Part shown: positions 8,269-18,208 of the stretch, piece after piece
Position numbering within the stretch: the first letter of the stretch is position 1
Layout: each line of letters starts with the position of its first letter
Origin: Candidatus Magasanikiibacteriota bacterium
GTDB taxonomy: Bacteria; Patescibacteriota; Patescibacteriia; Magasanikbacterales; GWA2-37-8
Length of the DNA: 64,000 bases
Direction of reading: 5' to 3'
NCBI GenBank assembly: GCA_017991415.1
Contig: JAGOQR010000004.1
Coordinates: 17,549-81,548 of the forward strand
Notes under the pieces: generated by a model
Databases searched by the model: none
Told to the model about the DNA's origin: nothing
Seen by the model: only the letters and a program-made list of their open reading frames with translations
Program-made: the position numbers and the translations under genes

Positions 8269-11049
8269 ATGGATTTCAAACAATCATCGCCGCTTAATAT
8301 ATTGCCCTGTACTGTATGCCAATATGGCAGTCTGAGTAATATAAAAAAATGTGCCCAATGCAAGGGGATGTCTATTGGGTTTGCTCAGCGTGGGCTGTGG
8401 TTATATTGGAATTATCCACTTACTAGATATCATTTGGCTCTCCAGACTGGCAGAAGAATCCTAAACCGAGTGCGACTAATAACTGCGTTTGTGCTCTGGC
8501 TGAATGCTTGGATTTGGATGGGATTTTTAATATATAAACAGAATCATAATTATAGGACGTTGCTTGATCCGCTTCAGTGGGATGATTTTTTGAGTAGTAT
8601 AAATAATTGGGCTGTATTTTTATTTTGGTTTGGTGTGGCAACCTTATTATATATATGGTATCGAATTATTAGAAAAAAAGAAGCGGTTGGAAACCCAAAG
8701 CTATTTACATATAATTATAAAAATAAAAATGAGAATGAGAGTGATGCTATTAACCTTCAATCTTGGGCAGCTGTGCAAAAAATTTCTCGAAGAAAAAAAT
8801 GCAATATTGCAGACTCTTTCACCGATGAAGCGTTGGCGGTGCTCGCCAAAACATACCGATTTGCTGATAAAAATAGAATTAAAGAATTAAGGCCTGAGCA
8901 TTTATTCTATAATTTATTGTCGTTTAACAGGATTAGTAATATTTTTATCAGATTAGGAATTCCAGCCAGTGCGTTGCAGAAAGAATTAGAGACAATGTTG
9001 CAGGTAGATAAAAAACAAACTGCGTATAAAGGTGTGGCACCTGTTGTCCCTGTTGATTTTTATCAGATTATTTTTAAGGCCTATGAAGAGGCATACTTAG
9101 CCAAGCAAGATTATATAAGTGTAACTGAGTTATTGCTTGTTACGCTCAAAGAAAATCCCGCTTTGGCAGAAGTGCTGTTTAATTTCGATATTACTGAGCG
9201 TCAAATTACAAATGTAATTGAATGGGCGAGAATGAAAGAGAAAATGTATCGCGATTATATAAAATTTGCAAAGGCAGCGAGTCATCATTCAAAATATGGT
9301 ATGGATAAGGCTATGACTGCCTTGGCAACGCCGTATTTAAATAGTTTTAGCTCCGATGTTACTATGTTGGCGCATTATGGTCAGTTAGAAACTTGTGTTG
9401 CTCGTACGAGCGAAATTGATGAAATTTTTCAGATTATTGAGGGTGGTCAGAGTAACTTGTTGCTTGTTGGTGATCATGGTGTTGGCCGAAAAACTATTAT
9501 CGAAGGTATTGCACAAAGCATGATTGAAGACGAGGTCCCTGATGCCTTAAAAGATAAAAGATTGGTTCGATTAAGTGTTTCGGCGCTTTTATCTGGCACT
9601 ACTCCAGAAGGGGCAGTAGAACGATTGCGTCGAATTATGGAAGAGATGTCTCGCGCGCGCAACGTGGTGTTGTTTATTAATAATTTACATGAGTTAATTG
9701 GTGTTTCTGTTGGAGAGGTGGGTAGTCTTGATATCGCTGGCACACTCGCTGAATTTTTGAATAATAAAAGATTTTTAGTTGTTGCTACGACTACGCCCGA
9801 AGATTATTCACAGCATTTTTTGGCTTCATCGGTTCGGGATGTTTTTGTTAAAGTTGATATTGCCGAAATGAATCAGGATCAAGCAATTCAAGTGCTTGAA
9901 TCAAGAGCGGGCATTTTGGAATATAAACAAAATGTATTTTTTTCGTATTCTGCCATAGAAAAATGTGTTGAGTATGCTGCGAAATTTTTTCATGAATCTT
10001 TTTTGCCTGGCAATGCTTTGGAACTGCTTACTGAAGCGGCTGCGTTTACTCATAATAAAAAAGGTTCTCATACTATTGTTACTAAAGAAGAGGTGGCAGC
10101 AGTTGTTACTGAAAAAACAAAAATTCCACTTTCTGCTATATCGAGCAATGAATCTGATAAGCTTATGCGTCTAGAGGAAGAAATGCGAAAGCGGGTGATT
10201 GGACAAGAAGAAGGCGTGAGTGCAGTGGCTAATGCATTGCGCCGGGCCAGAGTAGAAATGCGGTCTAGTAAAAGACCTATCGCAAGCTTTTTATTCTTGG
10301 GCCCAACTGGTGTTGGAAAAACAGAGCTTGCCAAAACAATTGCCGACATATATTTTGGTGGTGAGCACATGATGATTCGTTTGGATATGAGTGAATACCA
10401 GGAAAAATCCAGTATTTATAGGCTTATTGGTATGCCTGGTGCTAAAGGTACAGGCATATTAACGGAAGCAGTGCGCAAAAGTCCGTTTTCTTTGGTGCTC
10501 CTTGATGAAATAGAAAAAGCTGATCCTGATGTACTCAATCTATTTTTACAAGTAATGGATGATGGTCGGTTGACTGATAGTGCTGGCCATGTTTTTGATT
10601 TTACTAATGTGATCATTATTGCCACTTCTAACGCAGGCACTGCTTTTGTCCAGGAGCAAAATAGAAAAGGAATGTCACACGAAGAATTACTCAATCAGTT
10701 ATTGCATACAGAACTTAAGCAGTATTTTCGACCAGAATTTTTAAACCGATTTGATGGCGTTGTGTTATTTAATGATTTAAAACGTGAAGATATCAAAAAA
10801 ATCTCCGCACTCATGTTTGCTCGTATTGCTCAAGATATAGAAAGTAAAGGTATAACACTGGTTGCTACCGATGAAGCCTTAGAATTTTTAGCCGACGCTG
10901 GTTTTGATCCAGAATTTGGTGCCAGACCGATGCGACGGGCTTTGCAAGAGCGAGTAGAAAATAAGATGGCTGAATTGTTTTTACAAGGTAAAATAAAAAG
11001 AGGAAGTACCGTAACTATTGGAGCTGGTGGCGCTATTCTGGTAGAATAA
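8269..11049 (+). CDS. Membrane-anchored Clp/Hsp100-family AAA+ ATPase (Zn ribbon + 2 TM + Clp_N-like + degenerate D1 + canonical D2)
   Basis: N-terminal CxxC...CxxC (CTVCQYGS...CAQCKG), then two hydrophobic segments, then a Clp_N-like repeat (FTDEALAVLAKTYRFA). D1 has Walker A GDHGVGRKT and Walker B region LFINNLHEL in place of FIDELH. D2 is canonical ([26 protein letters not shown]). Confidence 0.8.
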   Translation: MDFKQSSPLNILPCTVCQYGSLSNIKKCAQCKGMSIGFAQRGLWLYWNYPLTRYHLALQTGRRILNRVRLITAFVLWLNAWIWMGFLIYKQNHNYRTLLDPLQWDDFLSSINNWAVFLFWFGVATLLYIWYRIIRKKEAVGNPKLFTYNYKNKNENESDAINLQSWAAVQKISRRKKCNIADSFTDEALAVLAKTYRFADKNRIKELRPEHLFYNLLSFNRISNIFIRLGIPASALQKELETMLQVDKKQTAYKGVAPVVPVDFYQIIFKAYEEAYLAKQDYISVTELLLVTLKENPALAEVLFNFDITERQITNVIEWARMKEKMYRDYIKFAKAASHHSKYGMDKAMTALATPYLNSFSSDVTMLAHYGQLETCVARTSEIDEIFQIIEGGQSNLLLVGDHGVGRKTIIEGIAQSMIEDEVPDALKDKRLVRLSVSALLSGTTPEGAVERLRRIMEEMSRARNVVLFINNLHELIGVSVGEVGSLDIAGTLAEFLNNKRFLVVATTTPEDYSQHFLASSVRDVFVKVDIAEMNQDQAIQVLESRAGILEYKQNVFFSYSAIEKCVEYAAKFFHESFLPGNALELLTEAAAFTHNKKGSHTIVTKEEVAAVVTEKTKIPLSAISSNESDKLMRLEEEMRKRVIGQEEGVSAVANALRRARVEMRSSKRPIASFLFLGPTGVGKTELAKTIADIYFGGEHMMIRLDMSEYQEKSSIYRLIGMPGAKGTGILTEAVRKSPFSLVLLDEIEKADPDVLNLFLQVMDDGRLTDSAGHVFDFTNVIIIATSNAGTAFVQEQNRKGMSHEELLNQLLHTELKQYFRPEFLNRFDGVVLFNDLKREDIKKISALMFARIAQDIESKGITLVATDEALEFLADAGFDPEFGARPMRRALQERVENKMAELFLQGKIKRGSTVTIGAGGAILVE

Positions 11050-11061
11050 TACAAAAATTTT

Positions 11062-12066
11062 GTGCTTTATTTTGTAATTACATTTTTATTATCGGTAGCG
11101 TTAACCTTTCTGGTGAGAAAGGTGTCTTTGCGACTTGGTATTGTAGATCGTCCAGATGGAGAGCGGCACCTGCATGCAAAGCCAACACCGCTGTTGGGTG
11201 GGGTGGCTATTTTTGTTTCATTTTGGTTAGTCGTTCTTTATTTGATATTGTATCATCCAGTTCAAGGTATTGATAGGATAGCTAATTCTTTGGGGTTGGC
11301 CCTACTTTCTTCGTTTATCCTCATGCTCATTGGTATTGCCGATGATATTCGTCCTTTTTCGGCTCGAGCTCGTTTGGGAATGGTTGCTGCGGCTATTCTA
11401 ATTAGTTCGCTGTACCCCTGGATTGCAAAAATAACGAACCCTTTTGGGGGGTATATTGAAATTACAGAGTTGTTAAGCAAAGTCATTGTATTTTTTTGGT
11501 TTTTAGGAATGACGTATACAACCAAAATACTAGACGGTTTAGATGGTTTGGCTACGGGCATTGTTTCTATTGGAGCTTTTGTCATTGTTCTTCTTACATC
11601 AGTCACTAAATTTTATCAGCCAAATGTTAGTTTGGTATCCTTAGTTTTTTTGGCAGCCTGTCTTGGTTTTCTAGTTTTTAACTTTTATCCAGCTAAAATA
11701 TTTTTGGGAGAAAGTGGCAGTATGTTTATTGGTTTTATGTTGGCAGTTCTGGCAATTATCGGTGGTGGCAAACTAGCCACAGCCCTCCTTGTTATGGCTA
11801 TTCCGATGCTCGATTTATTACGGGTAATATTTATTCGGTTGCGCCGAAAGCAGCCGTTGTTTGTTGGGGATAGAGAGCATTTGCATTTTCGACTTGTAGA
11901 TTCTGGTTTTAGTCAGAGAAAAACAGTTATCGTTTTGTATATTTTATCTTTTTTGTTTGGTTTAACGACTTTGTTTTTACAAAGTCTGCAAAAATTTTAT
12001 GCACTTTTGTTTCTAGTTGTAATTATGGCTATTTTGAGTCATATTATTGGTAAGAGAACAATATAA
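11062..12066 (+). CDS. Polyprenyl-phosphate sugar-1-phosphate transferase, MraY/WecA family (motifs closer to MraY)
   Basis: 334 aa, ~10 TM. HAKPTPLLGG (compare MraY HxKxGTPTMGG), ILDGLDGLATG, GESGSMFIG, EHLHFRL (compare HHHFEL). Lies in dcw context. Confidence 0.7.
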   Translation: MLYFVITFLLSVALTFLVRKVSLRLGIVDRPDGERHLHAKPTPLLGGVAIFVSFWLVVLYLILYHPVQGIDRIANSLGLALLSSFILMLIGIADDIRPFSARARLGMVAAAILISSLYPWIAKITNPFGGYIEITELLSKVIVFFWFLGMTYTTKILDGLDGLATGIVSIGAFVIVLLTSVTKFYQPNVSLVSLVFLAACLGFLVFNFYPAKIFLGESGSMFIGFMLAVLAIIGGGKLATALLVMAIPMLDLLRVIFIRLRRKQPLFVGDREHLHFRLVDSGFSQRKTVIVLYILSFLFGLTTLFLQSLQKFYALLFLVVIMAILSHIIGKRTI

Positions 12067-12078
12067 ATTATTACTACT

Positions 12079-12549
12079 ATGGGTGAATCTAAAGTTTTTA
12101 AAACATGGCATCTTATTTTGTTGGCAGCGCTGGTTCTAATAGCAGCAGGTCATAAAATTTACGGATCTTTGTGGGTTAAAGGAACTGTAAGTATTGCTGG
12201 CAAGGACGTGCGAGTTTTGATAGCCGATACATATAAACACCGTTTGCAAGGGTGGAGTGGTAAGAAAGACATGGGAAAGTATGGCGGGATGTTATTTGTA
12301 TTCCCTGATGCTAATCGTCATGCTATGGTAATGAGAGATATGTACTTTCCATTAGATATAGTTTGGATAAATGGAGAGACTGTTGTCGATATTGCCCCTA
12401 ACCTGGCTCCAGAAGCGGGTATAGCAGAGGAAAATTTGATTGTTTACCAGGCCCGAACTACCTCGACACTCGTTTTAGAGTTGCCAGCTGGGTTTATGGC
12501 TCAAACTGGTTTAAAAATAGGGGATAAGGTCCAGATAGTCAAAGACTAA
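12079..12549 (+). CDS. DUF192 family protein
   Basis: 156 aa with an N-terminal TM, then VLIADTYKHRLQGWSGKKDM...MLFVFPD...MRDMYFPLDIVWI, as in DUF192 (COG1430). Confidence 0.65.
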   Translation: MGESKVFKTWHLILLAALVLIAAGHKIYGSLWVKGTVSIAGKDVRVLIADTYKHRLQGWSGKKDMGKYGGMLFVFPDANRHAMVMRDMYFPLDIVWINGETVVDIAPNLAPEAGIAEENLIVYQARTTSTLVLELPAGFMAQTGLKIGDKVQIVKD

Positions 12550-12568
12550 AAGCCATGGTGATTTGGGG

Positions 12569-12597
12569 TTGACATATTATCACTTTTAATATATACT
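12569..12597 (+). promoter_or_regulatory. Sigma70 promoter for rplU
   Basis: TTGACA (12569-12574), then a 17 bp spacer, then TATACT (12592-12597), preceded by GGGG. Confidence 0.6.
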
Positions 12598-12643
12598 ACG
12601 CCCATTATTCTTTTCTCATAATTTTTGATATATCATTTGTAAT

Positions 12644-12949
12644 ATGTTCGCAGTAATTGCTACCGGTGGAAAACAATATTTGGTTAAGACTGGAGATGTT
12701 CTAAAAATAGAAAAATTACCAACCGAAGAAGGTTCTAAAGTGGTTTTTGACAAGGTCTTACTTACTGCCAATGATGACGGTACTGGTGTAAAAATCGGTC
12801 AGCCATACTTGGAAGGTGTAACTATCGAAGCTGTGCTTGAAAAACAAGGCAAAACCCGTACTTTGCGTGTAGAGAAATTTAAGCGTAAAGTTCGTTATCA
12901 TAAAGTACATGGCCAAAGACAGAGATTCAGCCAAGTAAAAATTGCCTAA
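12644..12949 (+). CDS. rplU: 50S ribosomal protein L21
   Basis: MFAVIATGGKQYLVKTGDVLKIEKL... Confidence 0.95.
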   Translation: MFAVIATGGKQYLVKTGDVLKIEKLPTEEGSKVVFDKVLLTANDDGTGVKIGQPYLEGVTIEAVLEKQGKTRTLRVEKFKRKVRYHKVHGQRQRFSQVKIA

Positions 12950-12961
12950 GATATAATTTTA

Positions 12962-12998
12962 AAACAAAAAATTCCGAGCATATCGGAATTTTTTGTTT
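12962..12998. terminator. Bidirectional rho-independent terminator between convergent rplU and recR
   Basis: aaaacaaaaaattccga-gcata-tcggaattttttgtttt is flanked by A-runs and T-runs on both sides. Confidence 0.8.
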
Positions 12999-13598
12999 TT
13001 ATTTAACTGTTCTATTTTTTATGGCACTGCCAAGTGTGATTTCGTCCGCATATTGCAGATCGCTACCCATAGGTAAGCCGCGCGCCAAGCGAGTGATTTT
13101 AAGATTCGGGTTTTTTTCTTTTAATCTTTTTTCTAAAAATAACATGGTAGTTTCTCCAGATAAGTCCGGGTTGAGGGCAAGGATTACTTCGGTAATTTTA
13201 TTAGGATTCTCTATCCTGGTAAACAACTCTTTGATTTTTAATTTATCGAGCTCTTCTTGTCCAGATTCTACGAGGCCACGGAGTACGTGGTATAGACCTG
13301 TAAAAGCACCAGTTTTTTCTATAATCGGAATATCTTGTGGCTCGCTCACTATACAGAGTAGTGATTGCTCTCTGTTCTTGTTGTTACAGATAGAACATGG
13401 ATTATGGTCGCTAAAATCCCAACACAATTCACAGCTTTTTACATTTTCAATTAACTCTTTTAATGAAAGTGTAATTTCTGCTACTTCTTTTTTCCCAGAT
13501 TTGAGAAGATAAAAAACAAACCGTTCGGCAGTACGATGGCCAACCGTAGGAAGTTTACGAAAAGAATTAATTAAATTTTGAATTGATTTTGAGTACAT
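12999..13598 (-). CDS. recR: Recombination protein RecR
   Basis: C4 zinc finger CELCWDFSDHNPCSICN, then a Toprim region. Confidence 0.95.
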   Translation of the reverse strand: MYSKSIQNLINSFRKLPTVGHRTAERFVFYLLKSGKKEVAEITLSLKELIENVKSCELCWDFSDHNPCSICNNKNREQSLLCIVSEPQDIPIIEKTGAFTGLYHVLRGLVESGQEELDKLKIKELFTRIENPNKITEVILALNPDLSGETTMLFLEKRLKEKNPNLKITRLARGLPMGSDLQYADEITLGSAIKNRTVK

Positions 13599-13625
13599 GT
13601 AGAAGTGTTAGAGGGTAAGATTGGT

Positions 13626-13928
13626 TTATTTGTTTGAAAACAAACCTTCCATACCGCCCATCTCCTGCATTTTGCTGGCCATGATTCTCTGCATTTTTTT
13701 AATAGCATCACCATGAGCATCTTTAATAGCGTTTTGTAATTTTTCTTTTTTGGCAGGGTTTAGAAGTTCTTCATCGATAGCAACGCCAGTTAATTGGAAA
13801 TTGCCATCCATGGTGAGTGTTACGCCGCCAGTACCCACGGTAGTAGATTCTCCTGCTAGAGATTCTTGTAATTTTTTACCCTGATCTCGAAGGTCTTTGA
13901 ATTGTTTGAGTTTTGAAAATACAGACAT
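13626..13928 (-). CDS. ybaB: Nucleoid-associated protein YbaB/EbfC
   Basis: 100 aa, MSVFSKLKQFKDLRDQGKKLQESL...MQEMGGMEGLF. Confidence 0.9.
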   Translation of the reverse strand: MSVFSKLKQFKDLRDQGKKLQESLAGESTTVGTGGVTLTMDGNFQLTGVAIDEELLNPAKKEKLQNAIKDAHGDAIKKMQRIMASKMQEMGGMEGLFSNK

Positions 13929-13959
13929 ATATATAATTAAATTAATTAATACGTGTTTT

Positions 13960-15429
13960 TTACATTGGTGGATCTGCTAATCCGTGGCTAGGACTAAAAG
14001 CTGATTTTGGTTTGAGTGCTGGTGGTATAGCTGGAACAGGCGCAGCGGTGTTTGCATTATTATATTGGGTAGAGATACTTCGAAATGAAGCACGCTGTTC
14101 ATCAAAAAATGTGCGTACCATGCCAGTTGGACCGTTACGGTGTTTGGCGATATGAATTTCGGCAATATTTTTTTCGTCTGGAGGAATGTCCTCGGGTCGG
14201 TAGTTACGATCTGCAGCTTTTCGGTAGATAAATAATACCACATCCGCATCCTGCTCGATAGATCCAGATTCGCGCAAGTGAGATAGTTTAGGGATAGCTG
14301 GTGTGCTTGCTTCTACCGTACGAGAAAGCTGTGACAGGGCAAGTACAGGTATGTTTAATTCACGAGCAATACCTTTTAAACCTCTGGTAATTTCGGCAAT
14401 TTCCTGTACACGGTTTTCTATGCTACCACGAGATTCCATAAGCTGTAAGTAGTCGATAACAAGTAGACCAAGCCCATGCTCCATTTGCAGGCGTCGAGCT
14501 TTGGTGCGGATCTGCATGATGTTATTGTTAGGAGCATCATCAATAAAAATAGGCGCTTCTGAAAGCACACCCATAGCATGTCCGATACGAGGAAAATCAT
14601 CATCTTCTGGCCTGTCGCTTAAGCGGCCAGTGCGCATTTTCCATAAGTCTACATTAGCTTCGGAACAGAGTAGGCGGTCTACGAGCTGCTCTTTACTCAT
14701 TTCCAAAGAAAACAATCCGACGGATACTTTTCGTTTTACACCCACGTGTCGCACAATATCGAGGGCAAAAGAGGTTTTACCGACACTTGGGCGGGCAGCC
14801 AAGATAATAAGGTCAGATTTTTGAAAACCAGCAAGCAGAGCATCTAAATCGGGGTAGCCAGTTGGAACACCGCGCAATTGCCCTTTGTTTTTATGAAGTT
14901 CATCTATTCTATCAAAGGCATCATTTAATACGCTTCGAATCGGGCTAAAGGTTTGTTTCATGTAGTTTTGTGAAACGCCAAATAGCTCTCTTTGCGCTTG
15001 GTCAAGGAGGGTGTCTAGTTCTTCGTTTTCTTCGTATCCGAGCTTGGAAATTTCGTGAGCTGCGCCAAGTAAACGGCGTCTCGTAGCTTTTTTATGAACA
15101 ATGTTAGCGTAATTTACAACATGTGCTGCCGTAGGTACGGTATTGGTAAGGGAGACAAGATAGCTATAACCACCAGCCTGTTCTAGTTGGTTTTTTTCTG
15201 CTAACCGATTGCTGAGTGTAAGAAGATCGATTGGGTCATTTTTTTGATATAGTTCCAAAATAGCTTCAAAAATTTTGGCATGGGCATTTTTATAGAAATC
15301 TTCTGACTGAACAATGTCAGCAATTTTAAGCATGGCATCTTTATCTAGCAAAACAGAGCCCAAAAGAGACATTTCAGCTTCCAGGCTTTGAGGTGGAACT
15401 TTTTCCAGTTGCGTAATGTCTTGACTCAT
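13960..15429 (-). CDS. dnaB: Replicative DNA helicase DnaB (with Pro-rich C-terminal tail)
   Basis: Walker A ARPSVGKTSFAL, GLFSLEMS, RecA-like fold, and an N-terminal DnaB domain. Confidence 0.95.
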   Translation of the reverse strand: MSQDITQLEKVPPQSLEAEMSLLGSVLLDKDAMLKIADIVQSEDFYKNAHAKIFEAILELYQKNDPIDLLTLSNRLAEKNQLEQAGGYSYLVSLTNTVPTAAHVVNYANIVHKKATRRRLLGAAHEISKLGYEENEELDTLLDQAQRELFGVSQNYMKQTFSPIRSVLNDAFDRIDELHKNKGQLRGVPTGYPDLDALLAGFQKSDLIILAARPSVGKTSFALDIVRHVGVKRKVSVGLFSLEMSKEQLVDRLLCSEANVDLWKMRTGRLSDRPEDDDFPRIGHAMGVLSEAPIFIDDAPNNNIMQIRTKARRLQMEHGLGLLVIDYLQLMESRGSIENRVQEIAEITRGLKGIARELNIPVLALSQLSRTVEASTPAIPKLSHLRESGSIEQDADVVLFIYRKAADRNYRPEDIPPDEKNIAEIHIAKHRNGPTGMVRTFFDEQRASFRSISTQYNNANTAAPVPAIPPALKPKSAFSPSHGLADPPM

Positions 15430-15594
15430 ACAGAAGTTTTTGAATAGTGCGTATATCTTAATCTAAGCACTTTTTTTTGGCAAGAAAAATTGAATAGAAT
15501 CTGTTAGTAGTTAGGGGATAAGATGTGCAAGGCTAATCAGGGGCGTGTAGCCATGCTTCTGATTTTTGCATTTTTGACCCTTCTTAACGTTCTG

Positions 15595-15624
15595 CCTTCT
15601 AAAACGAGGTAGGATTTTAGAAGG
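15595..15624. promoter_or_regulatory. Perfect 10-bp inverted repeat (candidate operator) in a divergent intergenic region
   Basis: ccttctaaaa-cgaggtagga-ttttagaagg lies just upstream of a TTGTTT-17-TATACT promoter for the downstream membrane protein gene. No U-tract follows it. Confidence 0.35.
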
Positions 15625-15678
15625 GTTGTTTAATTTTATATAATTTTATATACTGAGACAGTAGATATACAACATGTG

Positions 15679-17781
15679 ATGTACCTTATTTTTTTCCTAG
15701 TGTATGTATTAGTGTTTGGTTATCTTGCCTCTTTTATTTTAGGCAAGTTTTTTGGTTTTACTAATAATTTTTCCAAAAGAGTATTGGGAATTTTTTCTGT
15801 TTTTGTTAGTTTGGGATGGTTTTCTGGAGCAGCAATTTTATTTGTACCATTGCATGTTTGGGTTTGGGTTGGAATTTTTGTTTTAAATTCTTTATTTTAT
15901 TTTTTCTTGGCTCGTTGGGCAAAGAAAAGAGAGGGTGTTGCGAATACAGTTTCTTATAATGATGAACTGGGCGGGGAGTGGCTTTCAGGTGACAAAAGCC
16001 TTGCTTTATTTTTTTTAGTGCTTATGTCGGTTGGTTTTTACCTCCTTTATAACTCGAAGAGTGGTGCTGTATTACTTACACCGTGGCAAACTATCAATTC
16101 AACGTATATTATTATTTTTCTTCTTTCAACCTGTGCGCTTGGCTTGCTTATTTTTTCTAAATTAAAAACAACCACTATACTACTATTTGTAGTTCTGCAA
16201 ACTTTTTTATTACACAGCTATTTACCTGCCTCACATACGCTCATTTATGGCGCTGATGGGTGGAGGCATATAGCCAATGAAGCGCGGTTTCAAGAAGGCA
16301 AGGGCTTCCTCGAAGCAAAACTTTCACCGCCAAAAGATAGTTCAGTGCCAACAGTCAATATAGCAGGTGTTGGATCAAAAATTGGCCAACTCTCATATAG
16401 TAGTTTTTGGTCTACCAACGTACTGCTTGCCAAGATTTTTAATCAGAATCTAATCGTAATAACAAAATGGTTTTTACCTATTGTTTGGTCGTTGGTTTTT
16501 CCATTAGTTTTATTTGAACTTGTTATAGTATTGGGCCTGAGTAGAAAAAAATCTTTATTTATTTCGTGGCTTAGTTTGTTGCCGTTTGCCTGGCATGCAG
16601 CAGGTGCATTTAGTCTACCTGTTAACTTTGGTTTGCTTATCTGGCTATTTTTAATAACGCTCATTTTAAAAAGAATCAACGCGCCTCGCACAGAGCAAAT
16701 ACCAATACTCGTTTTAGTGGGGGTAGGTTTAATTTTTGGCTATGCGCTCTATTTTATTTTATTTTGGTTTGCATGGTTTGTGGCCGAAGTTTTTATCTAT
16801 ATCTCTTCGAGAAAAGAAAAATTATTAATTAATTTTCGGTTCGTGCCTGTGCTTATAGCAATAGGTGCTATGGCTCTTATTCCAATTATAGAATTTATAT
16901 TTGGTTATAGTAGTTTTGATAGGCATATATATTGGTTCGATCAGGCGAAGCAACTCGTGGGGAACATATCTGGTTTTTATTTGGCACAGGGTCCGCGTGC
17001 ACACGATATTGTGTTTGGCAATATTATTTTTAACCAAACTCCTGCCTCTGCTTTTGTACCAACTGTCATTACATATTGGCGATGGTGGATTGTGGTGTTT
17101 GCTGTAAGTTTTTTTATCATATCTGTATATGGTTTTATAAAAATTTGGCAAAAGAAACAGAGTATTTTTGATTGGCTGCTTGTTATTGCTGCCACCTGTA
17201 TTGGTGGATACTTTATTACTAATTATTTTTTAACAGGGTCTCATATTTTGGCCAGACGATTAGATGGGGTGGTTGTTTTATTTTTATTAATGCTATTTTG
17301 TTATGGTTTATTTGGTATTTTTAGGCAGTCTGTGAAATATTACTGGCGTGTCTTGGGTTTATTTGTATTTTCGGTAGCTATCTCTGCTTCGTATTCTTTG
17401 GGTCCTGATACAAACACGGTAAGCGTCAATCAGTATCAAGCAGCGCAGCATGTCTGGGATCAAGAAAAAAATAATTCTCAAAAATGTGTTTTGGGCGATA
17501 CGTATCCCTTGCTTGCCCTCGAAGCTATTTCGGCAAAAGAAGTTATCGGAGGAAATTTTCCGATAGATGCTAATTTTGGTCAGCCAGAACGGGTAGAATT
17601 ATTTGCGCAAACAAGTGTGGCTATTAATGAACAGCTGCTTAGTAGGGCAGGTCAGCTTACACAATCAGATCATTGTTGGTTTATTGGCAGTACTGATAAT
17701 TTTAAAAAACAAGGAATTTTAAGTACAGGTGATTTTAAAATTTTTGATGACACAGCAGTGGTGCGATATAATATTTATTAA
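15679..17781 (+). CDS. Large polytopic membrane protein (possible GT-C-like glycosyltransferase/polymerase); function unknown
   Basis: ~700 aa with at least 14 hydrophobic segments and then a ~150 aa soluble C-terminus. ATG 15679 is preferred over GTG 15676. Confidence 0.5.
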   Translation: MYLIFFLVYVLVFGYLASFILGKFFGFTNNFSKRVLGIFSVFVSLGWFSGAAILFVPLHVWVWVGIFVLNSLFYFFLARWAKKREGVANTVSYNDELGGEWLSGDKSLALFFLVLMSVGFYLLYNSKSGAVLLTPWQTINSTYIIIFLLSTCALGLLIFSKLKTTTILLFVVLQTFLLHSYLPASHTLIYGADGWRHIANEARFQEGKGFLEAKLSPPKDSSVPTVNIAGVGSKIGQLSYSSFWSTNVLLAKIFNQNLIVITKWFLPIVWSLVFPLVLFELVIVLGLSRKKSLFISWLSLLPFAWHAAGAFSLPVNFGLLIWLFLITLILKRINAPRTEQIPILVLVGVGLIFGYALYFILFWFAWFVAEVFIYISSRKEKLLINFRFVPVLIAIGAMALIPIIEFIFGYSSFDRHIYWFDQAKQLVGNISGFYLAQGPRAHDIVFGNIIFNQTPASAFVPTVITYWRWWIVVFAVSFFIISVYGFIKIWQKKQSIFDWLLVIAATCIGGYFITNYFLTGSHILARRLDGVVVLFLLMLFCYGLFGIFRQSVKYYWRVLGLFVFSVAISASYSLGPDTNTVSVNQYQAAQHVWDQEKNNSQKCVLGDTYPLLALEAISAKEVIGGNFPIDANFGQPERVELFAQTSVAINEQLLSRAGQLTQSDHCWFIGSTDNFKKQGILSTGDFKIFDDTAVVRYNIY

Positions 17782-17795
17782 TAAAAAAATTTATT

Positions 17796-18200
17796 ATGGA
17801 TGATTGCCTTTTTTGTAAAATCGTTGTTGGACAAATTCCAAGCCACAAAGTATACGAAGATCAACATGTCTTGGCTTTTTTAGATATTTTCCCCTGTACC
17901 AAAGGACACACCGTTTTAATTCCAAAAAAACACGTCGCTACCTTGTGGGATATTAATACCGAAACTTTTGAACTTGTAGCTGCAGGTTTGCAAACAGCTG
18001 CTGGCAAAGTGCAAGCAATACTTAAGCCAGATGGTATGAATATAGGTCTAAATAATGGTAAGGCTGCAGGGCAGGCTGTAGGTCATATGCACTGGCATAT
18101 TTTACCGCGCTGGGAAGGGGACGGGGGAGGCAGTATGCATTCCATTATCCGCAATGATAAGGGTATTGATGTAAAAGAAGTGGCAAAATTGTTTCTTTAA
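17796..18200 (+). CDS. HIT family (histidine triad) nucleotide hydrolase
   Basis: HxHxHxx motif GHMHWHILPRW, and a zinc-ribbon-like CLFCKI at the N-terminus. Confidence 0.9.
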   Translation: MDDCLFCKIVVGQIPSHKVYEDQHVLAFLDIFPCTKGHTVLIPKKHVATLWDINTETFELVAAGLQTAAGKVQAILKPDGMNIGLNNGKAAGQAVGHMHWHILPRWEGDGGGSMHSIIRNDKGIDVKEVAKLFL

Positions 18201-18208
18201 AAATATTT

